From Phoronis australis (taxonomy: Eukaryota > Animalia > Phoronida): a DNA stretch of 55,557 nucleotides. The position numbers and the translations under genes are program-made. The stretch lies in assembly GCA_002633005.1 (NCBI GenBank), contig NMRA01000628.1, forward strand, positions 108,611 through 164,167. The letters run 5' to 3'. Below are positions 13,001 through 25,000 of the stretch, one piece after another. Positions within the stretch are counted from its first letter, which is position 1. Every line of letters starts with the position of its first letter. The notes under the pieces were generated by a model. That model worked only from the letters and a program-made list of their open reading frames with translations, made no database searches and had not been told where the DNA came from.

Positions 13001-16000
13001 GAGTTTACTGGAAGACTGGCAAAGCAATGTCAAGTTAGCTTGATAATAACATGTCTATGTTGTCCATTGTTAAATATTGACCAAGACTCCAGTTGCTCAC
13101 TTAAAGCTTTTGCAGCATTGTTCTTAGATCCTTTCAAGAATATAAACATGATGATTTTGGTAATTAGGTTGATGCAAAATGGAAAAAAATTCTCTAATTG
13201 TCTGTGCTTCTGTTATTTTAGCTGTAAAGATTGAGCAAATTTCTCTCACCAGATGGCTCAATTTCAGGTTTTTGTTTGATGAAAGCTCTAAAGAACACAG
13301 ATACTACCAACAGAAAGTTCGAGAGCTGCAGAGAGAATCAAAATTCAAGCCAGCCTGGAAAGCAACCAAGGGCAGCTCTAGTGGAGGTGGTAATGAGGCC
13401 GATACAGAGGAGGCAGACGGCAGTGAATGGGACTGGGCTAAAGGTACACGGCAAAAGAAGAAAAAGCGGAAGAGTCGTTGGGGTCCACAAGACTCTGCTT
13501 CTCCTCAGATACCGCCACCAGATGTCGCCAGTCTTGGGGCCCCTGGTGTAGTGATCGCTCCGCAGTTGGGAGTAAGAGGTAAGATGGAAAATAAGGCAAG
13601 CTTGCTCCAGTTTTGTGTAAGCCCCATGTCTGTTTTGTCTTGACACCCTATGCAGTAATAGTTGCTTAAAAGGTCTCCAGATTTTGAGAACCAGCTTCCT
13701 CTACTGAATAACGAGCATCAAAGGGGTTCTCAAAATGCGACTCCTGTAAGTAACTAGTGCTATGTATGCGATAGTATAACTGTCCAATCATAATACAATA
13801 ACGGATTTGTGTTAATCGCGGTTCTGGTTTATGTATTTCATTTTCAATCTGTGTAATGATTTACCTTTCCACCAATGACTAGTTTGTTTATACACGTGCC
13901 TGTCATTTCATAGTTCCGTTATTGCAGACTCTGATGAAATTGATACACCACCAAATCCTAATTTACACACTACACGTTTGTGTAGAGCCCCTCCCCCATG
14001 TAGTCAATGATCTGGTTTAGCCGTCCCTTCTCTTTGCTACCATGTGCCAGTAAAGTTGTGAGGTTAAAAAGTGGTATGAGATTGTTGGCGTGTTGGATGC
14101 AAATACTGTAACAGTTGTTGTGAACGGCTGATATTGAATCAAGCCATTTTATTTCCTGGAACGATTACTAGCGAGAGAGGAAAAGATGGTTTATGACTGT
14201 ACATGTAGCAGTAATTCAGACTGATGTCAGGGTTTTGAAGCAATCTGTTCTCCATCTGGTACTTATAATACTAAGCTATGCACTTTGCATGAAGGCCAGC
14301 TTATTGAATGTAGTCAACAGCATAAGAATTTGACCATTCTTCCCAAGCCCACTTACCATATTCGCCCTAATAACCGCCCAAGGCACTTAAATATTTTGTT
14401 TCGGGGGGCCATTGTAACCCAATGCAGTTGAAATCCGGTCTCCGAAACAGGTGAAATCGGAAGATAAAATTCATCATGTTTACATTGAATTATTTCTGTA
14501 ATGTATCTGTAACCTATGAAAGACTTTCTACAAAATCGTGGTGCATTGCTATCAAACTTTGTGCTGTTAAATTACGATCATTTTACAGAAAATTGTGCTG
14601 AACTCCCAGGGCCAAAACTCGCCGACTGACTGCCTCACAATCGTCGATATGGCGACTTGAATGATTGAATAAAAATACAGTTTCGACTCAACAAACTACC
14701 TGAAATTCTCCTTAAGTTTTCCAAATAGCGTCCCTAAGATTTTTAAGTTCCCGTGGATGCAGGATTAACGGCAGGTTTAAGTTCAAATCTGTGCTACATC
14801 GTGCAGCGCTGATAACCCACATTTCTGAAGTAGTATAAAGCTAACTGCAGTACAATTGTTGAAGCGTATCAAAAATCATGATGTAACAGCGAAAAATCTC
14901 CCGTCAAAATTTTTTCAATTTTCTACAACATACTATGTGTTAATTAGCTTAACTCTTAGACCTGCTGTTTACCGTTCATTTGCCTAGTACCAACAATGCC
15001 TAGTGGCCAGACGCTGGCCAAACAAGTGACTGGCGGTAGTAGCCTGGATACGGAGCAGATGAAACAGCTTCAGCAACAGAAAGAGGTAACGTGGCCCGTA
15101 GTATTGTTTATGTTTACTCTCATCTTACCATCCTCACTCTTAGATGTATACCGGGTAGGAAAGTAAAGCTTATTCGTTTATTTTCGTGTGATGCCTAATA
15201 GCTTTGTGCGAGTAGGTATAGGCAACTGTATAAATCGATGAAAGGATGTAAATTAAATTTTCTTATTTCTTCAGTCAAACGCTCTTGTTTTTGTACCAAA
15301 AATGTTCTGCTAAAAACTAAATCCTGTTGGCAGACTTTCAGTTTTTAACAAAATTTTGTCTGAAGCAAAGATGAGACCATTTTCCCAGTTTCGTCAGGTT
15401 AAAATTAAAAATGCTTTGAGTTGTGCATATAAATACGGTCAGTCTCTGATGCAGAAGCAACTTAGATATTCACTTGTCAGTCATTGTGATTGATACACTG
15501 TCGAACGTTTCATTGTTTGTCCTTATGTCACTACTCACTGCACCATATTCCCACAATGCCACTCTAACTGTTAGTGTGCAGTTTTTTTAAAATTTCTTCA
15601 ATTTCAGACATACAAAATCGCTAAAATTTCTATGTTTGTATTTTTCAAAAGCTTACCACCTTGTTAGAATTGGTAAAAATTTCACCACGTTGTTTAATAA
15701 TGGCAACGTCATACAAACCATGCTTAAAGCAAAGTAAATTTTCCTGAAAAGTTAAATGTTGTTGAGAATTTTGACAAAATTGAATTTAAACTGCCCCCAA
15801 TTGAAGAATTTTCATTGTACCCACAATTCTACGCACAAATCATAGATCTAGACTCACTATTGTCCATTGCTGCCTGTGAAGTTTTTTGGTTGCATACCAA
15901 GGTGCATTGGAGACAATAAGAACTGAATGCAGTAATTGTCCTCAAAGGTTGCACTTTGCACCTCTAACTCTGTTCAATGTCTATTATTTTGGAAACTAGG

Positions 16001-19000
16001 ACTCAGTCACTTACAGCACTATGGGTTATTCCGCCTAATTAGGTCAGTCATTTTACCTGTTTACGTCAGCCATGCCGTGGGTTTTTCTGCTTAACCAGGT
16101 CAGTCATACCATAAGTTTCTCTACCTAAAATTCATGACGAAAACACTGAAGGAAACCGGGCACTTAAAAACCCTTTGAAAGTTATCCATCTTGTTGGTGA
16201 CACCGATGTATGTAGCGGACGTGTGCTTGTGGTTTGAGGCAACTGATACTCGAGCCTTTTGTTCTAATTGACCATTCTGGTCCTTCAGATGTGCTGGTAC
16301 TGCCTTGTTGTCGTACATTTGACAAAAGATCTGTGGCTTGTAAAAAAGTGTCCAGTTCACGTCGCTGCCACCACCTCACTCTGCTTCTGGGGATAGATCC
16401 CGTTGGGACACTTTAAGTCCTTTGTGGATAGGGTTTCACATGTTTACTCCTTACATTAATTTTGTTTCTTATTGGATGACCGGGATACTTGACCTTCCAC
16501 AGTTGCAACAAATGTATGACATGATCATGTCGAAGAAGCGTGCTGCTGAGCAGGCGGCCATGGCCAACATAGCTGGTCGAAAGGTCAAGGCCAAATATGA
16601 GTACGACTCCGATGAAGAGACAGAGGGAGGAACGTGGGAACACAAGAACAGAGTAGCTGAGATGGAGGCTACGAGGGGTGAGGCAGTTTAGTACTTTTAA
16701 TAGAAGCTGGACAATGTCAAAATATTGTAGTGCAAAAAAGTGACAAAAAACAGTTCATTACTACAAAAACTAGTTTCGAAGTGTTCCAGTCTGTCTAGTC
16801 TAAATAAAGCAATTGACCTATCACTAAGATTTCGAGTGATGACTTAACCCTTATCCTGCGCTAGGCGAGGTCAGCCGACAAGCCAATTATCCTATTAAAA
16901 TGCGTTGGGTGTACTCAATCGCCTATAATAAGCTACGGCTAGACTGCGCAAGGAGGGTGTACTCACCCCAGGACACTGGTGTTTTTCATTCAGAAATTGT
17001 GAAAGCCCCGTATGCTGTTTATATATGTGAGCATGCGCATTCCACAGTTCATAGTTTCCTGTACATTTTTCTGATTTACAACATATGGCTGTGGTGAGTT
17101 GTTGCCGAGATATTTGAAAGTTTACGCAAGTTTTATCTTGGCTGGTGCCAAACGTGGTAAGATGACTGTTGACCAGTTTCTTGAGGAAGTGTTCATGGAC
17201 TCAGATAGTGAAAACAAGCTGGAATTGGCACTCAAAGTGACGGTGACAGTGACTGGGAAACTAATACAACAGTCACAAGTAATGCAGATTCTATCGATTC
17301 GGATCTCAGTGCNTATTGAGTTGAGAAACTGTAACCCCTGACAACGGAGTGAGTGGACAATATCAGTACATCAGAGCAGGTAAGAAAAAGGCTAATCATT
17401 CGTTATATCTTAGGAACGAAACATCAATGATCTTGTAGTGGAACCAATTTAGCCTGATCCTTTGGAACGTATGATATCATATGGACCTCGGGAGAACTTT
17501 TTTCCTCAGTTCACACCATCTCGTATCACTGTCAGAATCAGTACATCCTCACTGCCACGTTGTGGGCTTCTTAGCCTCGCAACATCCTTTGGTTATATTT
17601 TGAAGCTTTACAATGATGCACAACTTAATGTTTTTTTAGTCTAGTACGTAAACAACAGCAGATGGCTTGACTGTTTGCTAACCTCCATGACACCGCGGGC
17701 ACTGTCCCTTGCTGTTTTCCAGAATTCAAGTTTACCTTTATGACATCTGTCAACGCATTATTTGTGAATTGCACTGGCGAAGAAGCCACAAATATTGCAG
17801 GAGGTGACTGAAGTTCTCATAAACGTTTTGATTGAACTTTGTTTTAATTGCTTTTTGTCTTTATAGACTGGGCTCAGGAGCTAACAGACATGGGCCGTGG
17901 TAAACACCACATTGGCGACTTTCTGCCTCCAGATGAACTGGAAAGATTCATGGAGACGTTCCAGGTCAGTATTTATCTTTGTCAATGAGGGGCCCTTCAA
18001 AGGTTGTGTGCCTGGGCACTCATCTGATAGGCAATAGGTGTAGGAGTTTTGTTGAACTTTTTAGAACCATGTTATGATGTCATCCAAAGTTACCTTCCAA
18101 GTGAAGTCTGTCATTTGACACCATTATGACATTTTGGACCCAGTGTGACAGCATGTCTATTCAATTTTCCGGGTCCAAATTGCATGGTCTACTGACACAT
18201 CATCACTAAACATTCGAATAAAGAGCCCATAACAACAAGATTGAAAGCAGGGCTCGGTGCTCAGCATATTGTCAACTCACCGAATGCAACTTGGCGAAAT
18301 TCCAATATTGCAAAGTGGAAAATGAGCTTGCCAAAAAGAATGCCTCCATGTGCAGCAGTGGAACGGTCCTGGCCTTCACAAGTGACAGTCAAATTTAAAA
18401 CGAGGATGTTTGGTGTGATGGCTGAAAGGAGATGGTGGCCGATTTCCCGTTCAGCTCTTAGTTCAGGTGGAGGTAGAGAATCAGAAAGCATTTACGCATC
18501 CGTCATGGTCGCTGCAAGGGCTGATTTACTTTGACGCAAGAATGTTGCAAGTAATTCTAGCGTATTTATGTGTGCAGCTTTGCTTGTAGTGCCTGACAAT
18601 ACACTGCCAAGACTTGCGTGATCTTGCGTTTTTACGAGTGTTCTTCATCCATGGAATGGCACTGGTTATTGCAGAACACTTCTGTTTACTTCCTGCTGTA
18701 ATTTGACTGCTTAGGGTGACAGATTTACTGATTTTAAGAAATAATTTTATTTGGGAGAATGTTATTAAATAATTTCAATGTTTGGAAGTCTCTAAAAATT
18801 GAAAACAAACTGCAGTTGGTTACGTAATTTTTTAGTGACCTGTTATCAACTTGCAAAAATCCAACACCTTTGTGATGATGTATGATTTTTCCGTGTCGCC
18901 AAACAAAATCTGATGTCAAACTGGCAAGCTGCAGGATGTCTAATGAAGTCCCAACCTTATTCTATAGAAACCAATGGAGGCGTCCGTTCAAACATGCGTT

Positions 19001-22000
19001 GTTTTTATTGTAGGTGACTGCAAACTATAAATCTTGGACGCTAGTAATATCAGTAATGTGCGAGAATAGTTCATTGTAATATGCCGGACATTTTCTGAGG
19101 TCCTATTTTACCTAACCTCAATTCTCCTTATCTTATAACTTCTTGTGTTATTGTCAAGACCCACAATTGAAAACCACGTGACCCACATCAATTGGGGACC
19201 CATCTTGTGCTGCACAATGTCAGCAAACCGGTGTCTTGTCGGTGTCTTGTTTATGTCTTGTCTTTTTTTCCAAGTGCTACCCTTGTACATGTAAGTCACA
19301 GCCGAAGTGGTTTCTTATTTTCCTTTAGGCGCTGAAAGAAGGTCGTGAACCAGACCTGTCTGACTATAAACAATTCAAGATCACGTGTGAGAATGTGGGA
19401 TACCAGATGCTACAGAAGATGGGATGGCAAGAGGGGTCAGGCCTTGGGTCCGAGGGGCAGGGCATCACTGCTCCCGTCAACAAGTGAGTTCTGTTGGGGA
19501 TGCACAGACGGCAGTTCTGTTAGTTGCATAGAGATGAAGTTTACTTTCTGAACAATTGCATAAAATTGGGATAATCGCCAGGTTTAGGGGAAACCCTGGG
19601 AAATTTCAGTTGAGAAGTGGCTTAGGATTAGTTGGATATTCGTTGAAATCGTGCTAAATTGTGAATTCCGTGAAAAACATTTAACCTTACAGGGCTCGAC
19701 ATAATGAGCTGCAGGTCGCATTTGCAACCTGAAATTTGGAAATGCTAGCTGAGATTTTTGATAGCTCGTATCAAGTCGCAAAATGCATCCTGGTATTTCC
19801 GAAGTCTGTGAGCTGAATTTTTACACTTGGCAGATAACTGACAAAATATAAAGCAACTCGTTTGAATCCAACTGTGATTTGGTTGTTGCCAAATCAAGTT
19901 CAAAAGAACACTAACCGAGAGCAGCCCTCCCGATGACTTGTAAGCATGTCGTGTGAATATGAGATAATGCAGAATCGATCTTTGATGCATTTCATTGGCT
20001 AACACTTTCGGCTACTTTTGCAAGTTTCTGGATGCGCCAAAGAAAGTTTATCACCACGTGATAAAACGTCAAAAAACAGCGCTCTTTTACTAATTCTTAA
20101 ACAATCAACTTGCCAAACTTTGTGGTAGAAAAACGTATTTATTTTTCACGCAAGGTGTGATGTTATTATCAAATATCCCCGACAGTATATCACTGATATT
20201 GGACTACGGCACTGGTCGGTCCCATTGTTAGCGCGCAAGTGTTGGCAGACTATCGTGACGTAGAAATGTGCATCTCGTTTTCTATCGCAAGACAGGAAAC
20301 GTGAAAATGGCAGCCTTATTAATTGCCAAAACATGGCCACGTGTCCACTTTCAGCAAAGTTGTTTTTGAGTCACCAAGAAATTTTCAAACCCTTTACTTG
20401 TTGCTGGGGCTACGTTCGCGGAATATGAGTAGTCAGTCACATGTTGTTGCCAATGGAAAATGTAGGCGATTCAAGTGCCTGAACTCACAAGTGCGCACTA
20501 CTCCAAAGCTGCAAATCAAAAGATAACGGCGACAGTCCAAAATGAAAGAGTATAACGGCTTGGCTCTGTTAAGCACCCGGGACAATGAACCTAACAGATT
20601 CCTGGCGGTTATAAAAGACCCGATACTTTACGATATTCCCCGTGACTGATGTAACCCAGTACTGATGTTTTCCTGTTCCGATGTTTCAGCGGGTCGATGT
20701 TCCCTAGACTCAATGTTCTATGCCCGTAGCCAGTTTTTGCAACAAAATGGGTAGATGCGAAATTGTGGTTAGCGAACTTTTTATTCTTCTCTTCGTACAC
20801 CCCGCCAATTTTTTGCTCCCCGGACCACAGCGTAAAGTTTTCCTACTCCAATAGAAAGAAAAGTTCCGTCTGAAGCGGGCAAATAAAAATATTATTCCGG
20901 GTGATTAAAAAAGGTGCAGTGTAGGTGGTGACGATAGCCAGAAAAGCAACACTACTAGATGGAGTTTGCCTCGAAAATTCCTATTATAATAACATTTCTT
21001 ACAAGTTACTATGGCAGTCTTTCAATCTCTTATTGCCGCAAAACACTCAGATTACCGTTAACGATTATGCTCACGCATGCACCTACTAACTGCCTTTGAA
21101 GTGTTTCTTAATAAGCACTCATTGCTCTTCTAAGCGTTCCCCTCAATTTTTGAGAATTTCAAATTAAGCGCCCACAGTTCAGGCTAGCGCCCATCATTTC
21201 GCACTAAAACAACACTAGTGGCAGATTTAGAGGGGGCCAAGATGGCCATGCCCCCCCCTAAAATTCTCCCAGATTCAATTTGGTAATTCGGGGTGTAAGT
21301 GTCTGATTGGCAAAATCCTGGCTAATACTCTGCACGCCCCCCCCCCCCCAACTCAACATCCTGGATCCGCTCTGGTCAAGGTTTTGCAGCACTAGCTGGA
21401 GCATAGAACAGACATTAGGTAGTAGGTTTTGTTTGAGTAGACTTGAGTACCTGCGCTGAAATTAATAAAGTGATTAACTCGAACCAGTCTTCACTCTTAT
21501 CATCACACTGAAAGCTCCTAAACACCGGTCAGGGATAACCTGTGTCCGCCCATCCGCTGAGTAAATCGTGACATGTTCATTATAAAATTTGCAAACAGAT
21601 GCCTACCGACTAAGTATAAAACACATAAAAAGACGAATATTGGAAATATTGCCTGAAAATTCTGAGGATAACGGGGTCAAAGAAGCAAAAACACAGAAAA
21701 CTTACCCAATTTGAGCGTGCAAATCTCAGCTGAAGCCAAATTTTAGACTAGTTGTAAGTTTGACTTAATAGTAGAATATATAGTTTTATGATGGACATAT
21801 GTCGCCAAAACTACCCTCCAACTTATGTCTACATGCAGCAATGACCCAATGTTTACAGCCACCTCAGACAAAGGGAGCACTTGCAGCAGGCACAACTTAT
21901 CAGTGAAAATCATCTTGATATCTAAAGTGCTCAAAATTGTTTTTCAAAGATTTGGTTCGCACATAGAATGTAATAAAATTAAAATATTTGGTTTTCCTGT

Positions 22001-25000
22001 GAATAACCTTTTTCTTAAGAAGTCCTGCAGTTACTACTGTTGTCACCAAAGGAAAAATGGCTGCCGAGGAAGATGAAGCAGTGAGTGTTCATTGGAGTCT
22101 TTATGTTAATCTGGTTAGTGGGACTTCAATGGAGTACCCAAACTAGCGAGCAGTTGAAACATTAGCTAAATCTAATAAGTGGATAACAGGTCTTCTGAAA
22201 CATTTTAACTTGGGCCTCGTCCCCTTCGGTGTTCAATGTTGATGAATAACATAAAGCCTCCTCTTATTGTCTGTACAATCCTGTCAGCTATGAAGCAGCA
22301 CGCGGAAGTTCGCGTGGTACGACCCGATGATTACATGAAGCGCGTTGAACGGGAAGCAAATTCAGAATGATTACTAAATTAGTTATCCTTGTAGTTAGCA
22401 ATGGTACCAGTAGCTGCGGTTGTCCACCTATATCCTGTCCTTAACGGAGAGGCTGGGGCTGGACATTTTCGGCGTTGGATCGAACCCCTACGATTTTTAC
22501 AATTAGAAGCTAAACTTGTAAGAATTGATGATGTTTCAGTGAATTTAATTGCAGCCTTATATAATAAAATTAAACTCATTGCTTGGAAAAGTTGTCTTTG
22601 CACTTCCTTGGTGTTTTTAGTTTCCAGTAGTATTAAGCAATGAATTTTTGGTCTTCAAAACTGAATTGATTGCTTGTCCTTATTCGCATGCACTTCATGA
22701 CTGACGTACTAACGTTAAAAATAAAATGGAACAATTCAGTTGGCCCGCGCAGAATCTCGGTGATCCACTGGAACTGAATTTGAACTCCACGCGTTCAGGA
22801 AGTGTACATTTTCGGGACACGCTATCGACCGTTTCCCCAGCCAATAGAAACTGGACAAAGAATGACTATAATAATATAAAGTTTTCCCGAAACTGGATCA
22901 CAACAAAACGAATCTTGACCTTAAAGCCAGTGCAGACCACCGGCACGAGCTGTTTCAAGTGAATCATAGCTGAGCTGACCAGTAACTACATGTAGCTTTA
23001 GTTCATCGGGAATTTCGTATCTACTCTGGACCTGCAAGCGCAGAGTACTGTTGTTATGGTTTCACACTGCTATATCTCAGCTACATGAGGCAGCTTCTCG
23101 CTACCGGCCCGTGTACTGGTCCTAGGCCCATTCTTACCTCTCCTTGTTGGTTCACGGTTACTCAACTCGTTCTTGGTTCATCGGTTACTCAACTCTTGAT
23201 GGCTTCATCCCCAGGATTGTCCCTGGGCGGATCCAGGATTTTAAGTTGGGGAGGGGGCAGGGCAGAGTATTAACCAGAGTTTTACCCGTCAGAAATTCGC
23301 ACCCCCGATTTGCCACAATGGNCCCCCCCGCCTCCCCCAATATTTTTCCTTCCTACGGGCCTGCTAGAGAAAACTTGTATCCTAACGCGCAAGTACGTTC
23401 ATATAGGATGTGAGCCGCCTCGTGAACAGTCTAAGTGAAGTGTTTGAAAAATCCGGAGAAAAAGTGAAAGAAACTTAGGAATTTGATGCGTATGGGATAA
23501 ATACAAATCGTACCTCCGTTGGCGTAGATGAAGTAATATCCATCCATACCCGGAATAATGTCTCTTGGGATATTACTTGAGCAACGCCACTCTTGGAACG
23601 TTTTGTGTATGTCGGTTCAATTGAATGCAGTCAACGTTGCGTAGTACAAGAGAACGTCTGTGTACATATGTATTTATTTGATAACGATTTTCTTACCCTG
23701 CACAGTTTTCATGCATTTTTAAAGGCGATTCTTGGAAAGAGTATAATCTGAAACGCGACTGTTGTGATGTCGGTTGAATTAAATGTAACCAACCGTGCAT
23801 GTATTTATCTCATTTATTTGTGATAACGATTCTTTACTTAGCATTGAGAACAACAATGTCGAGGCATAGTTTTCCAAGCATTTTTCCATGACGATTCATG
23901 GAAAGAACGCTACTGACAGCCTGCACTTGTCAGATATTGTCACTCAACAGGAGATGTTTGTATGCATTTATAGAAAACTTTTATTAACCGTATGGAGATA
24001 AGAAAGTGCGTGATCTAGTTTTTGAAATCAGGCACATTTTCATGTCTCATTAATATCGGGAAGGCAAAGAATTTCAGATCAAGCATCCACGGGTATTTGT
24101 CCAGTTTATAAAACGTTTTGACGCCGGTGTTGCAGCCCACAGCACAACACATAATACTTCGTTAGCATAGGAAGAACGAATAGAGTAATGCAACCGAGAA
24201 ACACTTGTTTGTTAAGAATCAGACTGCAACAAATAAGATGTGGAACCCCAGTGACTCGAAAACGAGGCAGCAAATGTTTACGGCATTGTGAGTAAATACA
24301 GCTAGATTCGAGTGCCGCTGTGTAATCCGCGACGGCCCTATCGCCATGAACCGCAAGTACATGTACATGTATATAGTACTAACTGTATGTTTTTAATTCT
24401 ACTAGTTATGTGTGCTTCGACCGTACAGTTAATAGTGGAAAGTGATCGAGAAACAATGCTATAAACTTCAGCACGTGCTTTATACTCAAGAAAATAACCC
24501 GGTTATAAATCCTGATGGTTAACGGAGTGATACAGTGACTTATTCAGTTCTGACATTGGCGTTATGTTGAACTCGGGAGACAATTTGTGTGCGTTAAAAT
24601 GTTACTCTTCGTTATCCGTAGGATTCACAAAGGATTGTAGGTGATACTTAAACTAAGACCGTGAATTATTTTTAGAAATGCCGTTGCTTGAGAGAACGCT
24701 TGTCGGCAGTCCCGCCGGTTTCCGGCTGTAGCGCAGCTTAGAAAACTCTAAAAAAGGTTACTCAGCTACTTGGAAATTTGAACACGCATCTTAGCCGAGT
24801 ACAGAGATTTCATCGCTTACTTGTCTCCGAGCCAGTTCTAACTGTCGTGTTGTCTTTTACGCTGGCATTTTCCTCCGCGATAATTCTACGTTTCAGGCAC
24901 TCACTGACGCCTTGTTATGCGAGGCGACCTAGTAATTTTATAAGCACATCCTCGTGATGGTCACGTGACGCGACAACTCATCTCTGATTCCGGCAAGTGT

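Noticed and set aside
20609-20930. Second THAP remnant on the minus strand (STHFV)
   Set aside because: Only an HF-like motif is visible; the cysteines and the conserved Trp cannot be placed convincingly.
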